NCBI GenBank assembly: GCA_965248195.1
Contig: CBDFIQ010000002.1
Coordinates: forward strand, 1,568,001 to 1,632,000
Direction of reading: 5' to 3'
From: Longimicrobiales bacterium
Lineage (GTDB): Bacteria > Gemmatimonadota > Gemmatimonadetes > Longimicrobiales > Gaopeijiaceae
Length of the DNA stretch: 64,000 nucleotides
Shown: piece after piece, positions 10,398 through 20,241 of the stretch
Layout: each line of letters opens with the position of its first letter
Numbering within the stretch: the stretch's first letter is position 1
The notes under the pieces: generated by a model
Databases searched by the model: none
Seen by the model: only the letters and a program-made list of their open reading frames with translations
What the model was told of the DNA's origin: nothing
Made by a program: the position numbers and the translations under genes

Positions 10398-10456
10398 TTG
10401 GTGGGTTCGATTCCCACACGTTCCCGCCATCGGTGAAGTCGCTTGAAAGGCAACGA
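10398..10456 (+). repeat. partial tRNA-Sec 3' copy plus flank (att junction)
   Basis: 10398-10437 identical to 7668-7707, followed by about 19 nt of similar flank. Confidence 0.9.
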
Positions 10457-10583
10457 TTTAGGGGCTCCGATGGACCTTGTGGTCGGCGATGGCGTAGCGG
10501 CGGTAGACGAGTTTGCGGAAATGAGTCGGGAAGAGCGGTATGATTATTGTTTCGGTTAACGCAACTCATTTCCAAAATACATA

Positions 10584-11822
10584 TTAATTGGCCACCAATG
10601 TGAGAGTAACCTGTGCATCGGGTGATGTAATATTTGGTGCACCGGATGAAAAGGAACCTCCTGTTGGGGCTGGATCAGTGCTCGTATCCTGGCATTCCAT
10701 GGTGGATGTGCCACCCAGACTCTGGGCTTCATCCATGGCAAAGATGGCCACATAAACATCCCAGGCCAAAGTTTGTGGTCTGGCCCATCCTAAAACACCG
10801 TTGGAATCCAAACCCAAGTAGCCACCGGCGCGGCTGCCACTTGTGTCTTCTGGAGACGTGGACGCATCGGCAGCTGAGGCTTGTGAAGGCACACTGCCGC
10901 CGCCGCAGGATTCACTGCCCACATTGCCGCTTTCTAAAAACAGGAATGTGGGTTGGTCATCGGCGACATAGTAGATGCGGATATCGACGGAAGATTCGTT
11001 ATTAGAAAAAATCGCTTCCTTTCGATACGTGAGTCCGGTTGCCGACCCGGAATAGTAATTAATTTTTCCCAAATCATTTAAGGAAACAAAGACGCGAATG
11101 CCTGCCTGTTGAACGGCCCATAAACCCACATCAAAAGTTGCTGTGCCGGTATTAACTTCCACGAAGAGGGCGTGGGTGAGATCACCGATAATGTTGATGT
11201 TGATGTTATCGCCCTCGCTGAATTCAACAGAGCTGGCCAAGAAAAAACTGCCACCAAAGGTGCCGTCTCCATCAGCCAGGGAATTCCTGAGGGGCACAAA
11301 CTCTGCGCCACCGGCCGGTTCCGTTGTGGATATTAAAGTTGATGAATTGGGATCTGTATAAATACCATTTGTGTCATCATCGATGAGAACTTGGGTTGTT
11401 TCCTCCGCGATGTAACCAATTTTATCGTAAGTGCCTGCTGGAACGTCGATGGAACAGGTATGCGCTTGGGAGAGGGAGGCGGTTGCAAAATCAAAAGTGA
11501 CTTCACAATCATCCACCGTGACCATCTGACCTCCGGAAGGGCCATCAAAGGTGATGGCTGTGAAAGTGACTTTCACTTGATTGGGTGTGACGACCCATTT
11601 GCCATCGCTTGCCGGGGCAGATTCGGGGACGGGAAAAATACCGGGTGATGCGGCCACAGGAGACGCGGTCACGGCTGACGTAGCTCCATTGAAGGCCACC
11701 AGATTGGCTGTGATGGGTTGGGGAGTTCCTGTGTCCACTCCCTGGATGCCGCCGGAACTTTCACCGCAGGCATAAAGCAATATTAAAGTCAATGTTGTTA
11801 GGATAGATCGTGTTGTTTTCAT
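10584..11822 (-). CDS. hypothetical Ser/Thr/Gly-rich lipoprotein of foreign (lower GC) origin
   Basis: 412 aa ORF, LLYAC lipobox, GGGGGA RBS, AT-rich codons. Confidence 0.8.
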   Translation of the reverse strand: MKTTRSILTTLTLILLYACGESSGGIQGVDTGTPQPITANLVAFNGATSAVTASPVAASPGIFPVPESAPASDGKWVVTPNQVKVTFTAITFDGPSGGQMVTVDDCEVTFDFATASLSQAHTCSIDVPAGTYDKIGYIAEETTQVLIDDDTNGIYTDPNSSTLISTTEPAGGAEFVPLRNSLADGDGTFGGSFFLASSVEFSEGDNININIIGDLTHALFVEVNTGTATFDVGLWAVQQAGIRVFVSLNDLGKINYYSGSATGLTYRKEAIFSNNESSVDIRIYYVADDQPTFLFLESGNVGSESCGGGSVPSQASAADASTSPEDTSGSRAGGYLGLDSNGVLGWARPQTLAWDVYVAIFAMDEAQSLGGTSTMECQDTSTDPAPTGGSFSSGAPNITSPDAQVTLTLVAN

Positions 11823-12017
11823 TTTGTCCCCCCCCTTTAGTTAATTTGAGGTTGGGTGAATAGGTGTGTAAACATTTTCTTTCGCTCGTGCCTGAGGTCG
11901 TCGGCCAGGTAGGCCGTGGCGATGCCGCCTTCGCCTAGCTCACGCGAGGATCGCCGTAACCTGTTGCAGAAAAGCGGGATGGTGGACATGGGTGTTCAGC
12001 GGGCCTGACGCATGAAC

Positions 12018-12089
12018 GGTCTTCAAAACCAGCTCGCCCGGCTAAACCCCGGGTTGGTGGGTTCGATTCCCACACGTTCCCGCCATCGG
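12018..12089 (+). repeat. 72-bp tRNA-Sec 3' copy (distal att site)
   Basis: Identical to 7632-7703; lacks the D arm and the 5' acceptor strand. Confidence 0.92.
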
Positions 12090-12680
12090 GCTCCCGCCCT
12101 CGCACTTTCGATCACACTCGCGTGCGCTGCTCACGCTTCAGCCCTCGCGGCTCAGCAACCATTGGCTGGCGCTTCCCAGGATTCCGCCCAAGCCGTGGAG
12201 GCGCCAGCGAGCCCCGGGGGGCCCTCAGCCGCGGGTGCCCTCGTGAGATCGATGGTGGTTCCGGGCTGGGGTCAGGCGGTGGCTGGATCCCCTGGGCGCG
12301 GCACGTTTTACTTCGCGGTCCAATCCGTCGCCGTGTGGATGATCCTCAAGACCACCAAGACGCTCGGGAGCGCGAGCGACATCCTCGCCATGCGACGTCT
12401 CGAAGCATTCGCGCGGCTGAGTGCGGACCCGTCGGTCGATCCCGCCGGCCTCGCTGCGGCCGTCGACGCTGATTCAGGGGTGTCGAGCGCGGTCGAGCTT
12501 CAGCAAATCCGGCGGCAGCAAAGAGAGGATTGGATCGCGTTCGGCGTCTTCTTCCTGCTCCTCGGTGGTGCCGACGCGTTCGTGGCGGCGCATCTGGCGG
12601 ATTTCCCGGAACCGCTCGAGGTCGCCATCCGTCCGCTGCCGGACAGGGGCGTCGAGGTTGGATTCAGACTGGCCTTTTAG
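12057..12680 (+). CDS. DUF5683-like exported/membrane protein (start uncertain: 12012, 12054 or 12057)
   Basis: ALVRSMVVPGWGQ and DAFVAAHLADF motifs; signal peptide. Confidence 0.7.
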   Translation: MGSIPTRSRHRAPALALSITLACAAHASALAAQQPLAGASQDSAQAVEAPASPGGPSAAGALVRSMVVPGWGQAVAGSPGRGTFYFAVQSVAVWMILKTTKTLGSASDILAMRRLEAFARLSADPSVDPAGLAAAVDADSGVSSAVELQQIRRQQREDWIAFGVFFLLLGGADAFVAAHLADFPEPLEVAIRPLPDRGVEVGFRLAF

Positions 12681-13414
12681 GGCTCCCATGTCTCGAGGGA
12701 AGGGGGCTCTCCTTCCCTGAGCACGAGGTAGCTCCGGTGGCTGATCCAATTCCCCAGATTTACGTAGAAGCGCCCTGGCCCGGCTTCATGCAGAAGCGGG
12801 ATGTGCGAGTGACCCAGGACGATGAGGTCGAGATCGCCCTCGGTCGCCAATTTCTCGACGGCCCATGCATACAATATCTTCGAGCGAGCCTGTTCCGCAT
12901 CATCTGGGCCCCCAGCCCGGGCTTCCGTCTGGGAGATGAGGGAGGCCAGAGCCGTGCCGATGTCCGGATGGAGCCAACGGAAGAGCCACCGAGCGCCTCG
13001 ACTGTGGAGCCCGGCCTTCAGGATCCGGTACGGGAGGTCGCCCCTGCCCAGGCCGTCGCCATGAGCGATGAGGGTTCGCATTCCCGCCAAATCCCTTACC
13101 ACCGGGCCTCGCTGGAACGTGAGCCCGATGTCTTCCGTCAAGAATTTGCCGCCCCACCAATCATGGTTCCCCCCCATGAGGGTCACGGGAAGACCCCCAT
13201 CGACGAGATCGGCGAGCGCTCCGAGGGTTCGCGTGTGTCCGCCTGGAATGACCGAGCCGTACTCGAACCAGAAGTCGAACAGATCGCCGTTGAGGATCAA
13301 TTCGGACGCACGGTGTGCGGTGTACTTCAGCCAGCGCACGAACATTCGCTCGGTCTCGGGAGTTACGGCCCCGAGGTGAACGTCGCTGGCCAAATGAATG
13401 GGTTTCTCTGACAT
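12677..13414 (-). CDS. lpxH: UDP-2,3-diacylglucosamine diphosphatase
   Basis: SDVHLG, GDLFDFW, GNHD, AHGDGL and GHSH metallophosphoesterase motifs. Confidence 0.88.
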   Translation of the reverse strand: MSEKPIHLASDVHLGAVTPETERMFVRWLKYTAHRASELILNGDLFDFWFEYGSVIPGGHTRTLGALADLVDGGLPVTLMGGNHDWWGGKFLTEDIGLTFQRGPVVRDLAGMRTLIAHGDGLGRGDLPYRILKAGLHSRGARWLFRWLHPDIGTALASLISQTEARAGGPDDAEQARSKILYAWAVEKLATEGDLDLIVLGHSHIPLLHEAGPGRFYVNLGNWISHRSYLVLREGEPPSLETWEP

Positions 13415-13502
13415 GGGGATCGGAAAGTAAACTGGGTGTATTACCCGGGGAAGGCGGCTTCTCTTTGGTGCGTTCAAGCGATCGGAGGCGTGGGGTAGCT
13501 CT

Positions 13503-14186
13503 ATGAGATTCCAGTCAGTTCTCCCGGCGCTCGGTCTCGTCTTCGCCAACACCGCGTGCGGCGGCGCATCACTGGGAAGTCCCGTTCCGATTCTGGATCC
13601 GGACCAAGCCGTTCTTCGGGCAAGCCGCGACAACCCGTTTCCCACTACCTCACAGGTCATCTTCCGGTGGAGTGTCAGAGAGCCGGACCTCCAGCTCGAG
13701 GGCAGGGGAGTCGTGCGCCTCCAGCATCCGGATCGTGCCCGTCTCGACCTGTTCACGGAGAACGGCGAGGCGGTTTTGGCGGCCAGCTTGGTCGAAGACC
13801 AGCTGAGGGCTCGCGCGGGAACGCGACTAGAGGTCGTGCCTTCCCCGGCTCTGCTGTGGGCCTCCCTCGGCGTGTTCCGGCCGGGTGAGGGTGTGACGTT
13901 GCTCGGCGCGGAAGCCTTCGACGACGATGTCTTCCGTTTACGGTACCGCCTTCCGGACGGCGACGAGCTACGATATGAGCTGCGTTCCGGCTGGGTAACG
14001 GAGGTGGAGTTGCGCCACGAGGGAAGTGCTACGCACCGGGTCGCTTTGACGCGGGAAGGCGGGGGGGAGTTGCCGAAAGAGGCCACCTACCGCAATCTGG
14101 CTTCATTCAGTGAACTCAAGGTGACGGTCGAGACCGTCGAAAGGGTGGATTCCCATCCGTCGGACATCTGGTACCCGGCTCCATAA
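13503..14186 (+). CDS. hypothetical lipoprotein (LolB-like)
   Basis: ANTAC lipobox; RARLDLFTENGE. Confidence 0.6.
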   Translation: MRFQSVLPALGLVFANTACGGASLGSPVPILDPDQAVLRASRDNPFPTTSQVIFRWSVREPDLQLEGRGVVRLQHPDRARLDLFTENGEAVLAASLVEDQLRARAGTRLEVVPSPALLWASLGVFRPGEGVTLLGAEAFDDDVFRLRYRLPDGDELRYELRSGWVTEVELRHEGSATHRVALTREGGGELPKEATYRNLASFSELKVTVETVERVDSHPSDIWYPAP

Positions 14187-14187
14187 C

Positions 14188-14712
14188 TTGGCGCTCTGGC
14201 CGTTGGCGGTGCGCGCGGTCCTCGGCACCCTCACGTTCATTGCGGTGCTCGCCGCGGGTGGGTGCAACTACGGTTTCCGCTCGGGAAGTTTTCCGGACCA
14301 CATCCGAACCGTCGCCATCCTCCCCTTCGACAACGACACGAATCGTTTCGAGCTCACCCAAGAAATCCACGAGGAACTCTTGCGGACGCTGCCGCGTGCT
14401 CTTGGGGTCACCAACGCGGGAGAAGACGTAGCGGACGCCCTGGTCCAGGGACGGATCGTGCGTTACGACATGACGGCTCCTCTCTTTCGGCCGGGCCAAC
14501 AAGCGGGCCAGGTGGATGTGCTCCAGCGCCAGGTGAGCATCCGCGTCCAGGTGGAGCTGATCGACCTCGTCGAGAACTTGATCCTGTGGGATGATCTGGG
14601 CCTGAGCACCCAGGGCCAGTACCTGGAGGGCGAGTCCGAAGAGGTCGGCCGTGTGGAGGCCATCGAGCTTCTCGTGCAGCGCATCGTGGACGGAGCGCAG
14701 TCAAACTGGTAG
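14188..14712 (+). CDS. lptE: LPS assembly lipoprotein LptE
   Basis: GGCNYGF, IRTVAILPFDNDT, C-terminal SNW. Confidence 0.8.
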   Translation: MALWPLAVRAVLGTLTFIAVLAAGGCNYGFRSGSFPDHIRTVAILPFDNDTNRFELTQEIHEELLRTLPRALGVTNAGEDVADALVQGRIVRYDMTAPLFRPGQQAGQVDVLQRQVSIRVQVELIDLVENLILWDDLGLSTQGQYLEGESEEVGRVEAIELLVQRIVDGAQSNW

Positions 14713-14784
14713 GCCACACGCGAAAACCCTGAGCTCAAAAAAACAGGCCCTCCGTCCGGGCTCTCGAGGAACCCCCTAGACCCC

Positions 14785-16116
14785 CTACAAGGGAGCCTCG
14801 AACCACTCCCAGAACACCACCATCAGCACGGTCGCGACCGCTAGGGTCACGAGCATCGCCGGCGTGCCCTTTTTGAACCACAGGCCCGGCGTGATCGCCA
14901 GGCTCGGATCGTTTTCCTCGCGCGCCAAGCGCTCGGAGATCGTGACGATGAACACGTTGGCCGTCGAACCGATGTGGGTGCCATTCCCGCCGAGCCCCAC
15001 GCCCATCGCGAGCCCCCACCATATTGGCGTCACGTTGATCCCCTGCGTCTCCATACCGAGGATGATCGGGATCATCGCCGCGGTGAACGGAATGTTGTCG
15101 ATCGCCGCCGATAGGAAGGCGGCGACCCACATCAGCACAACCGTGGCTACCAGCAGGTCATTTTGGGCGAAAGGCAGGATGAACTGACCTACGTAGACGA
15201 GAAACTCACTGTGCTCCACGCCGCCGACCACCATGAAGAGGCCGATGAAGAAGATCAGCAGTGGGACCTCGAGGTGCTCCACCGCGTGATCCATGAGCAG
15301 GTTCCGGGACGCGAAAACCAACGCGGTCATGCCAAGCGCTGCGACGAACCACGGCTCCCATCCCAAGCGCCCGTGGAGAATGAAGAGGACGACCATGGCG
15401 GCGAGGACGATCAGAGAGGCCTTCCACAGCCTCGGGTCCTTGATCTCCCCCTCTTCATGGAAGGTATCGGCCGGTTCTACAGCCAGCTCTTTCCGGAAGA
15501 GGAACTTGAGAAACAAGAGGACCGCGAGCCAAACCACGGCAACCGGCGGCCCCATGCGGATCACGAAGTCGTTGAACGAAATGTCCGCGGCCGAGCCGAT
15601 CATGAGGTTCGGGGGATCGCCCACGAGCGTGCCGATGCCACCCGTATCGGAAAGCAGTGCCGCCGCCAGGAGGTAAGGAATCGGATTGATCTTCTGCGCC
15701 TTGGCAATCAGGATGATCAGCGGCCCGAAGATCACGACGGTCGTCACGTTGTCGAGCAACAGCGAAAGTACGGTCACAGCCGTGCCGAGCAGCACCATCA
15801 TCAGATAGAGCCGTCCCTTGCTGAACGCAGCCAGCTTGAACGCCAGCCAACCGAAACCCCCGGTCGGGATCATGATCGAGACGATCGTCATCATCGCCGC
15901 GAGCAGGAAGATCACGTTCCAGTCCACCGCTTCGACCGCTTCCTCCGGTGTGTAGAAGCCGTAGATCTGGCCCACGATCACCATCACAAGGGAGCCCCCC
16001 GCGGCGACTTTCGACCGCTCCATTCCATGCAGTTGTTCAGTGAAGATGCCGATGAAGGTCACCGCCAGAACAATGCCCGAGGCGATCATCGCGTTCGTCA
16101 GTACTAGCTCTTCCAT
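14785..16116 (-). CDS. ArsB/NhaD (SLC13-like) anion permease
   Basis: LDNVTT, TLVGDPPN, IDNIPF, GGNGTHIGSTAN. Confidence 0.88.
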   Translation of the reverse strand: MEELVLTNAMIASGIVLAVTFIGIFTEQLHGMERSKVAAGGSLVMVIVGQIYGFYTPEEAVEAVDWNVIFLLAAMMTIVSIMIPTGGFGWLAFKLAAFSKGRLYLMMVLLGTAVTVLSLLLDNVTTVVIFGPLIILIAKAQKINPIPYLLAAALLSDTGGIGTLVGDPPNLMIGSAADISFNDFVIRMGPPVAVVWLAVLLFLKFLFRKELAVEPADTFHEEGEIKDPRLWKASLIVLAAMVVLFILHGRLGWEPWFVAALGMTALVFASRNLLMDHAVEHLEVPLLIFFIGLFMVVGGVEHSEFLVYVGQFILPFAQNDLLVATVVLMWVAAFLSAAIDNIPFTAAMIPIILGMETQGINVTPIWWGLAMGVGLGGNGTHIGSTANVFIVTISERLAREENDPSLAITPGLWFKKGTPAMLVTLAVATVLMVVFWEWFEAPL

Positions 16117-16228
16117 CCCTTTGGTCTCCCCCGTGGTCTCCGGGTATTGAGTCGATAGGTGTGCAAGGCCTCGGGCGGGGGCGTGATGGGATCTCCAGCC
16201 GGATCGCCGCCCGAGGAATCGGGACCCG

Positions 16229-17167
16229 CTACACTTGAATCGGCGTCTGGAAGCCTTCCGGCTTTAGGGTCAAGACTGAGCAGTCTACCGAATTCAGGAT
16301 CTCTTCGGCGGTGTTTCCGATGAGAAGCCCGGGGACCCCGGTACGCCCAACGGTGCCGATGACAACTAGATCCGCCTCGAGCCTCTCGGCGAGGTCTGGA
16401 ATGACGTCTCCGGCCCGACCCTTTACGAGGTGAACGGTTCTCTTGTCGTACGGGTAGGCATCCAGAAGGCGATCTAGCTCGGATTGGTGAGCGGCCTCGA
16501 TACCTCGAACGATCTCGTCGACATCCGTTGTGTCGATCTGCCGCCCCCTCAGCGCTGTCTCAGCCGCGAGCCGCCAAACATGCACGACGTGCAACTCACT
16601 CCCCTCATCCGTAGCCAGCGATGTAGCGAGCTCCATGATCTTCCTGGCCAGCGACTCCGTGTCCGGCTCGGTCGGGTCCAAGTCCACCGCCGCAAGAATT
16701 CTACGGAAGTGCGTTTCCGTCGACGGCTTTACGATCCACACCGGACACGGACACTTCCGCATCAGCTTCTGGTCGCCGGTGCCAAACAACCTCTTCCACT
16801 TCCCCGTATGTCCTTCGGCAGCTTTCATGACGAGATCGTGGTGATTGACGAGCACCGCCCGAATCACCGATAGAGCCATGGCGCCCGTTTCCACTGCCAC
16901 ATCGATGGTCAACTCGGGATGTTCTGAAATAGCCTCCTGGCGCAGGCTCTCGAGCTCCTCGCGGCGCTCCTCGAGGCGGACCTTGTTGATCGCCTCGACC
17001 GCGGAACGAGTCGCCTGGTCGTCGAACTGATAGTCCTCTGCATCGAGCGCAGCGAAGAGCGTGAGGTTCGCGCTATTGGCGCTGGCGAGCCTGAGTGCAC
17101 GTGCCAACACCGACTTGTCGCCCTCACTGCCGTTCGCCACAAAAAGGATGCTCTTGAACCGTCGCAC
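16229..17167 (-). CDS. tandem universal stress protein (UspE-like)
   Basis: LMRKCPCPVWIVK and IGNTAEEILNSVDCSVLTLKP; probable GTG start at 17167. Confidence 0.88.
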   Translation of the reverse strand: MRRFKSILFVANGSEGDKSVLARALRLASANSANLTLFAALDAEDYQFDDQATRSAVEAINKVRLEERREELESLRQEAISEHPELTIDVAVETGAMALSVIRAVLVNHHDLVMKAAEGHTGKWKRLFGTGDQKLMRKCPCPVWIVKPSTETHFRRILAAVDLDPTEPDTESLARKIMELATSLATDEGSELHVVHVWRLAAETALRGRQIDTTDVDEIVRGIEAAHQSELDRLLDAYPYDKRTVHLVKGRAGDVIPDLAERLEADLVVIGTVGRTGVPGLLIGNTAEEILNSVDCSVLTLKPEGFQTPIQV

Positions 17168-17376
17168 TTGGCTATCCGCCTTTGAATGTAGAGTGTAGAC
17201 CCAGAAAAATGTCATGCCTGACCCACGAGGACAGGTATATATCGGGGCGAACGTGCGTGCGTCAAGCTGGCCCAGGAAGCAAGATCCTTTGGGTGGCGAT
17301 ACTTTTGGCTGCGTATCTGGTCTTCTACTTCCGACCACAGACCTGAGAGACTTCTGACCACAGACCTGAGGGCTCA

Positions 17377-18300
17377 ATGACCGTTCTGAGGTTGGGAACT
17401 CGGGGCTCGCTCCTCGCCCAGACCCAGAGCAAATGGGTCGCGGCCGAACTCGAGGCGAACGGCGGGCCCGAGGTCCCAATAGAGATCATCCGCACCGTAG
17501 GCGACGAGCGCCTCGATCTGCCGATTCACGAGATCAGCGGCCAAGGCCTCTTTACCCGGGAGCTCGACGAGGCGCTTCTGGGCGACCGTGTCCAGTTGGC
17601 GGTCCACTCATTGAAGGACCTTCCTACGCTCCTGCCCGAGGGCCTGTGTATCGCGGCCACGCCGGCGCGGCTCGATCCCCGGGACGTTCTCGTGGGGCCA
17701 GAGGGTGACCCAACCACGCTGGCCTCGCTGAAGCAGGACGCGGTGGTCGGTACCAGCTCACTTCGGCGGGTGGCCTTGCTGCGGGCGTTCCGGCAGGATG
17801 TGACGCCACGGACCATCCGTGGCAACGTCGATACGAGACTCCGGAAGCTCGATGAGGGAGAGTTCGACGCCATCATTTTGGCGGGAGCCGGGCTCACTCG
17901 CCTCGGGCTCGCGGGGCGGGCGAGCGAGTGGCTGGAGCGGACGTCCTGGCTGCCGGCCCCCGGACAGGGTGCCCTCGCCATCGTGACCAGGATCGAGGAC
18001 GCCGAAACCCGGCAGTTGGTCGGAGCCTTGAACGATCCGGATTCGTTCGCCGCGGTATCGGCGGAGCGCACGTTCCTCGAGGCCCTGGGTGGAGGGTGCC
18101 AAGTGCCGATCGGAGCCCTAGGCATTCCGTTCGACCAGAAGTTGCGCCTGTGGGGGTTGGTGGCCAGCCCCGACGGAAGGCGTGTCGTCCGGGGTGACCT
18201 CACCGGAAGCTTGGCCGATCCCCAGGTGCTCGGCCAGACGCTGGCGGACCTGCTTCGGGAGCGCGGAGCCGAAGCGATCTTGGCGGAGTTGGACGCATGA
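17377..18300 (+). CDS. hemC: hydroxymethylbilane synthase
   Basis: [40 protein letters not shown]. Confidence 0.96.
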   Translation: MTVLRLGTRGSLLAQTQSKWVAAELEANGGPEVPIEIIRTVGDERLDLPIHEISGQGLFTRELDEALLGDRVQLAVHSLKDLPTLLPEGLCIAATPARLDPRDVLVGPEGDPTTLASLKQDAVVGTSSLRRVALLRAFRQDVTPRTIRGNVDTRLRKLDEGEFDAIILAGAGLTRLGLAGRASEWLERTSWLPAPGQGALAIVTRIEDAETRQLVGALNDPDSFAAVSAERTFLEALGGGCQVPIGALGIPFDQKLRLWGLVASPDGRRVVRGDLTGSLADPQVLGQTLADLLRERGAEAILAELDA

Positions 18301-18779
18301 CCCTTCCCAGCGGCCCTCGAATTCTATCGAGAGACACGCTCTTGGTGCGCTGGGGCTGGCCCCGCGACCGGACGGTGGTGTTCACCAACGGCTGCTTCGA
18401 CCTTCTCCACCCGGGGCACGTCGAGTACCTCGCTCAGGCGAGGGCCCTGGGGGATGCCCTCGTGGTCGGCCTGAACTCGGATGCCTCCGTGCGACGTCTG
18501 AACGGCGCCGGACGACCGCTGGTGCCCGAGGCCGGTCGGGCTGCCATGCTCGCCGGCTTGAGGAGCGTGGATGCCGTCACGCTGTTCGATGAAGACACGC
18601 CGCTGGAGCTGATCCGCGCCTTGCTCCCCGATGTGCTCGTCAAGGGAGGCGACTACGATCTGGACGGCATCGTCGGTCGGGACGCGGTCGAAAAGGCCGG
18701 CGGCGACGTTCGTGTGCTCCCCTTTGTGGAGGGCTACTCGACCACAGACATCCTGACTCGCTTGAAGCAGATCGAATGA
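18297..18779 (+). CDS. rfaE2: D-glycero-beta-D-manno-heptose 1-phosphate adenylyltransferase
   Basis: [32 protein letters not shown]. Confidence 0.92.
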   Translation: MTLPSGPRILSRDTLLVRWGWPRDRTVVFTNGCFDLLHPGHVEYLAQARALGDALVVGLNSDASVRRLNGAGRPLVPEAGRAAMLAGLRSVDAVTLFDEDTPLELIRALLPDVLVKGGDYDLDGIVGRDAVEKAGGDVRVLPFVEGYSTTDILTRLKQIE

Positions 18780-18851
18780 GAGGAGACGCGGTGCGAGGAG
18801 ACGCAGTGCGAGGACACGCGGTGAGAGGACACGCAGTGAGAGGAGACGCAT
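18777..18851 (+). repeat. 5 x 15-bp tandem repeat (TGMGAGGASACGCRK)
   Basis: tgagaggagacgcgg tgcgaggagacgcag tgcgaggacacgcgg tgagaggacacgcag tgagaggagacgcat. Confidence 0.92.
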
Positions 18852-18867
18852 GGAGGTGGACCCAACC

Positions 18868-19581
18868 ATGAGCCGAGCCGACGGACGTTCGGCAGGGCAG
18901 CTCAGGGCCCTGAATCTCGTGTTCGATTCTGCGCCCTACGCTGAGGGTTCCTGCCTCATCAGTGCGGGGCAGACGCGGGTCTTATGCGCCGCATCCGTTC
19001 AGGAAGGCGTTCCAGCTTGGCGGGAAAAAAGCGGCGCCGGCTGGGTGACGGCGGAGTACAGTATGCTCCCCAGGTCGACATACACACGGTCGGCCCGCGA
19101 GCGGGGTAGGGTGGGCGGCCGGACGCAGGAGATCCAGAGGCTGATCGGTCGTTCGCTCCGTTCGGTGGTCGATCTAGACGCGTTGGGCCCCCGGACCGTC
19201 ATCGTGGACTGTGACGTGCTCCAGGCGGACGGAGGCACACGGACCGCTTCGGTCACCGGCGCTGCGGCCGCTCTCTGGATCGCGTTCGACGAGCTGGTGA
19301 AGGAAGGCACGATGGAGCGGAACCCGATGCGTGAGATGGTGGCCGCCGTGAGCGTGGGCATCGTGGACGGCGAGCCCGTGCTCGACCTCGACTACCCTGA
19401 GGACTCCACCGCACAGGTCGACATGAACGTCGTGGCAACCGAGGCGGGGCACTTCATCGAGGTGCAGGGCACGGCCGAAGGGCATCCCTTCAAGCGGGAC
19501 GAACTGGATGAGCTCCTCGGGCTCGCCGTCGAGGGGATCGCCACCCTGGTAAGGGCTCAGAAGGCCTCGCTCGGGATCTAG
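18868..19581 (+). CDS. rph: ribonuclease PH
   Basis: [46 protein letters not shown] before ATG 18868. Confidence 0.96.
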   Translation: MSRADGRSAGQLRALNLVFDSAPYAEGSCLISAGQTRVLCAASVQEGVPAWREKSGAGWVTAEYSMLPRSTYTRSARERGRVGGRTQEIQRLIGRSLRSVVDLDALGPRTVIVDCDVLQADGGTRTASVTGAAAALWIAFDELVKEGTMERNPMREMVAAVSVGIVDGEPVLDLDYPEDSTAQVDMNVVATEAGHFIEVQGTAEGHPFKRDELDELLGLAVEGIATLVRAQKASLGI

Positions 19582-19583
19582 TC

Positions 19584-20216
19584 ATGGACCTCGTGTTGGC
19601 GACGCGGAGCACGCACAAGATAAGGGAAATCCGGAGGATCCTCGTAAGGGTTCCGGACCTTCGGGTACTGGATCTGACAGAGGTCGGTGTTCGTTACGAC
19701 GCCGCCGAGGAGGATCTGGAGCCCTACGATACGTTCGAAGAAAACGCCACATCGAAGGCCTCCTATTTTCAGGGGATCACCGGGTTAGCCACGGTGGCCG
19801 ACGATTCCGGAATCGAGATCGACCTCCTGGGCGGCGCTCCTGGAGTCCGATCCAAGCGATTCGCTCCGGACCAAGGCCTTGCCGACCTCGCACTGGATCG
19901 GGCCAACAACGAACATCTTCTCGCGTCCCTCGGCGACGCCCCGCTCGCGGAGCGGACCGGGCGTTACGTCTGCGTCGCGGTCCTGAACCGAGGAGAACCG
20001 GACGACGTGACGGTCGCGCGAGGGGAGGCTCGCGGCCTGATCCTGAATGTGCCCCAGGGCTCAGGCGGTTTTGGCTACGATCCACTTTTTTTCGACGAGG
20101 AGCTGGGAAAAACGTTCGCCGAGATCACTCCGGAAGAAAAGAACACCCGAAGTCACCGGGGCAAGGCATTCCGGGCGCTGGCTGCGCGGCTGGTCTCGGC
20201 TCCACAGCGTTCATGA
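19584..20216 (+). CDS. rdgB: non-canonical purine NTP pyrophosphatase
   Basis: TFEENA, ADDSG, GFGYDPLF, SHRGKA. Confidence 0.93.
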   Translation: MDLVLATRSTHKIREIRRILVRVPDLRVLDLTEVGVRYDAAEEDLEPYDTFEENATSKASYFQGITGLATVADDSGIEIDLLGGAPGVRSKRFAPDQGLADLALDRANNEHLLASLGDAPLAERTGRYVCVAVLNRGEPDDVTVARGEARGLILNVPQGSGGFGYDPLFFDEELGKTFAEITPEEKNTRSHRGKAFRALAARLVSAPQRS

Positions 20217-20241
20217 ACGCTAAACTTTTCTGACCAGTCCC

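Larger units (their letters stand above)
7700..12089. mobile_element. two tandem integrase-less mini-islands inserted at the 3' end of tRNA-Sec
   Basis: 3' part of selC repeated at 10398-10437 and 12018-12089; cargo of lipoproteins and an IS; the 10.5-11.9 kb part is visibly AT-richer. Confidence 0.75.

Noticed and set aside
11985..12089. Second complete tRNA-Sec gene
   Set aside because: Identity starts at the anticodon stem; no D arm or 5' acceptor strand is present upstream
14737..14785. Rho-independent terminator after the permease (T run on the minus strand)
   Set aside because: The stem preceding the T run pairs poorly
18777..18851. TGA/TGC alternation in frame with rfaE2 suggesting a poly-Sec tail, or a CRISPR array
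   Set aside because: No SECIS-like hairpin follows, and the A/C change is synonymous (AGA/CGA) in the overlapping frame. The units are contiguous with no spacers, so this is not CRISPR.
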